DNA from: an uncultured Bdellovibrionales bacterium
GTDB taxonomy: Bacteria; Bdellovibrionota_C; UBA2361; CAYQVO01
Direction: 5' to 3'
DNA length: 42,262 bases
NCBI GenBank assembly: GCA_964421085.1
Contig: CAYQVO010000007.1
Coordinates: 20,284 to 62,545, forward strand
Made by a program: the position numbers and the translations under genes. This document shows positions 39,348 to 42,262 of the stretch, piece after piece (positions within the stretch are counted from its first letter, which is position 1; each line of letters starts with the position of its first letter). A model generated the notes under the pieces. That model saw only the letters and a list, made by a program, of their open reading frames with translations, was not told where the DNA came from and ran no database searches.

Positions 39348-40645
39348 ACCCGTTTCCTTTCCATCACTGCCCCGAACGCTCCTGCCATATCGTGCGTATG
39401 GGGCATCACCGTGTAACAGCCCTCTTCAGGGCAGACTTCCTCAGCCAGAAAACCGGCGCAGGGGAGGATATGAAACTCAGGATGCTGCCCGAGAAAGCTT
39501 TCGACCACTTCCTCGTTTTCGTGCCTGTTTATCGTACAAGTGCTGTAGATGAGACGTCCTCCAGGACGGACAAGAGCTGATGCGGCATCAAGCAGGGCGG
39601 CCTGAAGTTCGATCAGCCCGGCAATGTTTTCTTCTTTTTGATTCCACCGCAGATCGCTCTTTTTTCCAAGGGTGCCAAGTCCCGAGCAGGGAGCATCTAC
39701 AAGAACTCTGTCAGCCTGAGTTTTAAGAGGAGGCTTGCGCCCATCAGCGGCTGCGACTTCGAGTGACGTTATTCCGAGCCTGTTTGAAAGCCCGCGCACG
39801 AGCCGAAGGCGCCGCGGCCCCGGATCGAGGCTCATAACGAGCCCTGTGTTTTTCATCAAAGCAGCGATATGCGTGCTTTTCCCGCCGGGTGCGGCGCACA
39901 GGTCAATAACCAGTTGTCCAGGCTTTGGGTCGACAAGATGCCCGACAAGAGCAGCGCTTTCGTCCTGAATCGTGAAAAGGCCCTCAGCGAAACTCGCAAG
40001 TGTGTGGAGAGGCTTCTCATGAGATAGAATCTTCAAGATGTCCGAAGCGAATTTTCCCTCTTCAACTTCAACGCCTTCCGTCCTCAGCTTCTTTCGAAGT
40101 TGATCCGCGTCCGTCTTGAGAGTATTCAGCCTGATCGATGTCGGCCATGCCTCATTGTTCCTTCGTGCAAGCGCTTCAGCCTGGGAGTCTCCAAGCTGTT
40201 CTCTCCAGAGCCGGAGAATCCATTCAGGGTGACTGAGATTTCCGGAGCCGGATGATTCAGGGACTTTCCGGCATAAATTCCTCAGTACAGCGTTGACGAA
40301 ACCTGATTTGGGGCCCTTTGCATGCTTCTTCGCGAGTTCGACAGCCTCGTTAACTGAAACCTCTCTCGGCACTTTGTCGAGGAAAAGGACCTCATAGGCT
40401 CCGAGCCGCAGGATGTTTCTCGTCCAGGAATCGAGAGATGACACTGGTTTCCTGAGAAAAGGCCTGAGTTCGTCGTCAATTCGCGCGCGCTGCTGCAATG
40501 TTCCTTTTACCAGTTGAGTGAGAAAGCCCGATGATGCTTCACTCCCTTCAATTTCCGTATAGGCATGCTGAAGAAGAACATGGGCGTGCGCCTTTGTGCG
40601 GTCTACTCGTTCGAGAATGCGCAGTGCTGTTTCTCTGTGGTTCAT
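39344..40645 (-). CDS. rsmB: 16S rRNA m5C967 methyltransferase RsmB/Sun
   Basis: NusB-like N-domain (SVNEAVELAK, GFVNAVLR); SHPEW, IQDES, DLCAAPGGKS, VDAPCSGLG, YSTCT motifs. Confidence 0.95.
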   Translation of the reverse strand: MNHRETALRILERVDRTKAHAHVLLQHAYTEIEGSEASSGFLTQLVKGTLQQRARIDDELRPFLRKPVSSLDSWTRNILRLGAYEVLFLDKVPREVSVNEAVELAKKHAKGPKSGFVNAVLRNLCRKVPESSGSGNLSHPEWILRLWREQLGDSQAEALARRNNEAWPTSIRLNTLKTDADQLRKKLRTEGVEVEEGKFASDILKILSHEKPLHTLASFAEGLFTIQDESAALVGHLVDPKPGQLVIDLCAAPGGKSTHIAALMKNTGLVMSLDPGPRRLRLVRGLSNRLGITSLEVAAADGRKPPLKTQADRVLVDAPCSGLGTLGKKSDLRWNQKEENIAGLIELQAALLDAASALVRPGGRLIYSTCTINRHENEEVVESFLGQHPEFHILPCAGFLAEEVCPEEGCYTVMPHTHDMAGAFGAVMERKRV

Positions 40646-40746
40646 TGTACTGAAAAGTAACATGTTTCAGAAGGAGTTGACACCGCTCATGTACCCGTCC
40701 CGCTGCATGGGAAAAAATCCCGTTTCGATGCAGAAGGGAGGAGGAA

Positions 40747-40959
40747 ATGGCAATTGTCAAGGTGATTGAGCTTATCGGCGAGTCCGGCGACAGCTGGGAA
40801 GACGCGGCAAGGAGCTGCGTGAAGGAAGCTGTTATGACGATCAAAAATGTTAAAAGCGTGTACATAGAAGACATGCAGGCGATGGTCGAGAACGACAAGA
40901 TTACGAAGTACCGGGTGAACTGCAGGCTTTCTTTCGTAATTGACGACAGCGCGAGGTGA
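40747..40959 (+). CDS. dodecin family protein
   Basis: KVIELIGES..SWEDAA...YRVNCRLSF; GGAGG RBS. Confidence 0.92.
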   Translation: MAIVKVIELIGESGDSWEDAARSCVKEAVMTIKNVKSVYIEDMQAMVENDKITKYRVNCRLSFVIDDSAR

Positions 40960-41013
40960 CGCGGGAACCGCGCAGATTGCCGGTGCATGAAGCCAGTGGC
41001 AATCCTGGCGAGG

Positions 41014-41853
41014 TCAAACCATCGCAATAACCATCCTCAGCACTCTGTCGAGCTTTCTGCCCGCCGTTCGGGCGACGGCAAGCACTTCCTCATGATTCGG
41101 GTTGGAAGCGTTGATGCCTGCCGCATAATTTGTGAGAAGCGAAATCCCGACGACATTCTTTATTCCAAAATTCTTCAGGGCGAGAACTTCGGGAACAGTC
41201 GACATGGCCACTGCGTCGGCGCCAAGGAGACGCATCGCCTTTATATCGGCCTTTGACTCATATCTCGGGCCTTTTGCGTAGAAATATACTCCACGACGAA
41301 GGGTAATTCCCTCCTGCAGAGCTGCTTTCGTCAGCCGATCGTTTATGTCCGGGCAATACGGATCGATCTGCGAATAGAACCTCTCTCCGAGTTCGGGTGC
41401 ATGCGCTCCTGTCGACGGATCTTCGCACAGCAGAGTGATGTGGTCGTCTATCAGCATCAGGTCTCCGACATTGAACGCAGTGTTAAGACACCCTGCTGCG
41501 TTTGTAAGGATGAACCTTTCAGCGCCGAATGAGGCAAGAGCAAGAACGCCGAACGCCACGTCTGCTGAGGAGTACCCTTCATAACAGTGCACCCGGCCCT
41601 GCATCACCGCGACATCCCTGCCTTCGATCCGGCCGAAAATCAGAGCGCCTCCATGACCGGCAACCGACGAAGATGGAAAATTCGGGATGTCTTCGTATGG
41701 AATCCGCAGAGGATCTTCTATTGATGCGGCAAAATCTCCCTGCCCGCTCCCGAGAACAATGGCAATATCGGCCCTTCTTCCCGTATTCCTGAGATACTGT
41801 ACCGACTCGCCGAGCTTTCGCAGGTAATCGGTTCTGGCGTGAGATGGAGTCAT
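41014..41853 (-). CDS. punA: purine nucleoside phosphorylase (trimeric type)
   Basis: IVLGSG, GHGG, QGRVHCYEG, TNAAG, GPRYES, GADAVAMSTVPE, TNYAAG, HEEV motifs. Confidence 0.93.
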   Translation of the reverse strand: MTPSHARTDYLRKLGESVQYLRNTGRRADIAIVLGSGQGDFAASIEDPLRIPYEDIPNFPSSSVAGHGGALIFGRIEGRDVAVMQGRVHCYEGYSSADVAFGVLALASFGAERFILTNAAGCLNTAFNVGDLMLIDDHITLLCEDPSTGAHAPELGERFYSQIDPYCPDINDRLTKAALQEGITLRRGVYFYAKGPRYESKADIKAMRLLGADAVAMSTVPEVLALKNFGIKNVVGISLLTNYAAGINASNPNHEEVLAVARTAGRKLDRVLRMVIAMV

Positions 41854-41906
41854 GCTTTCCTCATCGATGAGAACTGGTGTAGAAGGGTATATCAGGGGCT
41901 GTCGAA

Positions 41907-42262
41907 ATGAAAGATGAACAACCTTTGCCGGGCGCGAACTTCGATTTTTATGGTGTGCGGGTTTCCGCAAGATCCAGCTGCGCTCAGATCCTGGAATGGC
42001 TTTCTTTCGATTTTCTGTATTTCAAGGCTGACGCGAAAGGTTCCCCTGATGTGACAGTCGATGCGGTAATCGGCGAAATTCCATCAGACATTATTCCTCC
42101 CATTGAAGAATCTGTTCACGCACCTTCATACGTTTCATATGACAACGGGGATCTGCGGTACGTGGATTATTACGGCAGAGCCGTGGTGAAAATGGATTAC
42201 TCAAGCGAAGAGGCGAGGCTGTGGTCTCCCGATGTGGAGTTTGCCTGCGAAAAACTCTACCT
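41907..42262 (+). CDS. hypothetical protein, runs off the window end
   Basis: My translation from ATG 41907: MKDEQPLPGANFDFYGVRVSARSSCAQILEWLSFDFLYF...LRYVDYYGRAVVKMDYSSEEARLWSPD... with no stop to the window end; divergent from punA. Confidence 0.65.
   Translation, partial: MKDEQPLPGANFDFYGVRVSARSSCAQILEWLSFDFLYFKADAKGSPDVTVDAVIGEIPSDIIPPIEESVHAPSYVSYDNGDLRYVDYYGRAVVKMDYSSEEARLWSPDVEFACEKLY

Overview
Gene-dense bacterial chromosomal segment, about 54% GC by eye, from a diderm (LptD, TolC). Gene content looks deltaproteobacterial-like, which is inference only. In order it holds: the 5' part of a hoxF-type NAD-reducing hydrogenase subunit; accD-lptD-STAS; a TGS-less thrS with an SGNH hydrolase; a dual rhamnose nucleotide-sugar operon (rmlA-rmlB-rmlD-manC-gmd-rmd, no rmlC); several lipoproteins and an M50B peptidase; an unannotated 50-aa FlgM-like protein; a degenerate PGK-like protein; an orphan ABC substrate-binding protein; a divergent RNase II-family protein; AmmeMemoRadiSam B and radical SAM genes; EF-hand and DUF3313 exported proteins; comB with a BigR/SqrR-like ArsR divergent from YgaP-TolC-MFP-RND; a four-gene minor pilin cluster; proX, a nucleoside deaminase, rsmB, dodecin and punA. 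No rRNA, tRNA, CRISPR array or transposase was seen. Strongest signals: (1) a minimal FlgM-like anti-sigma plus three sigma28-like promoter motifs upstream of non-flagellar genes, including the pilin cluster; (2) two nearby full-length genes with substituted catalytic motifs (PGK, RNB); (3) a putative persulfide-sensing efflux module coupled to comB; (4) REP-like duplicated-arm repeats; (5) a duplicated accD start that creates an overlapping uORF.
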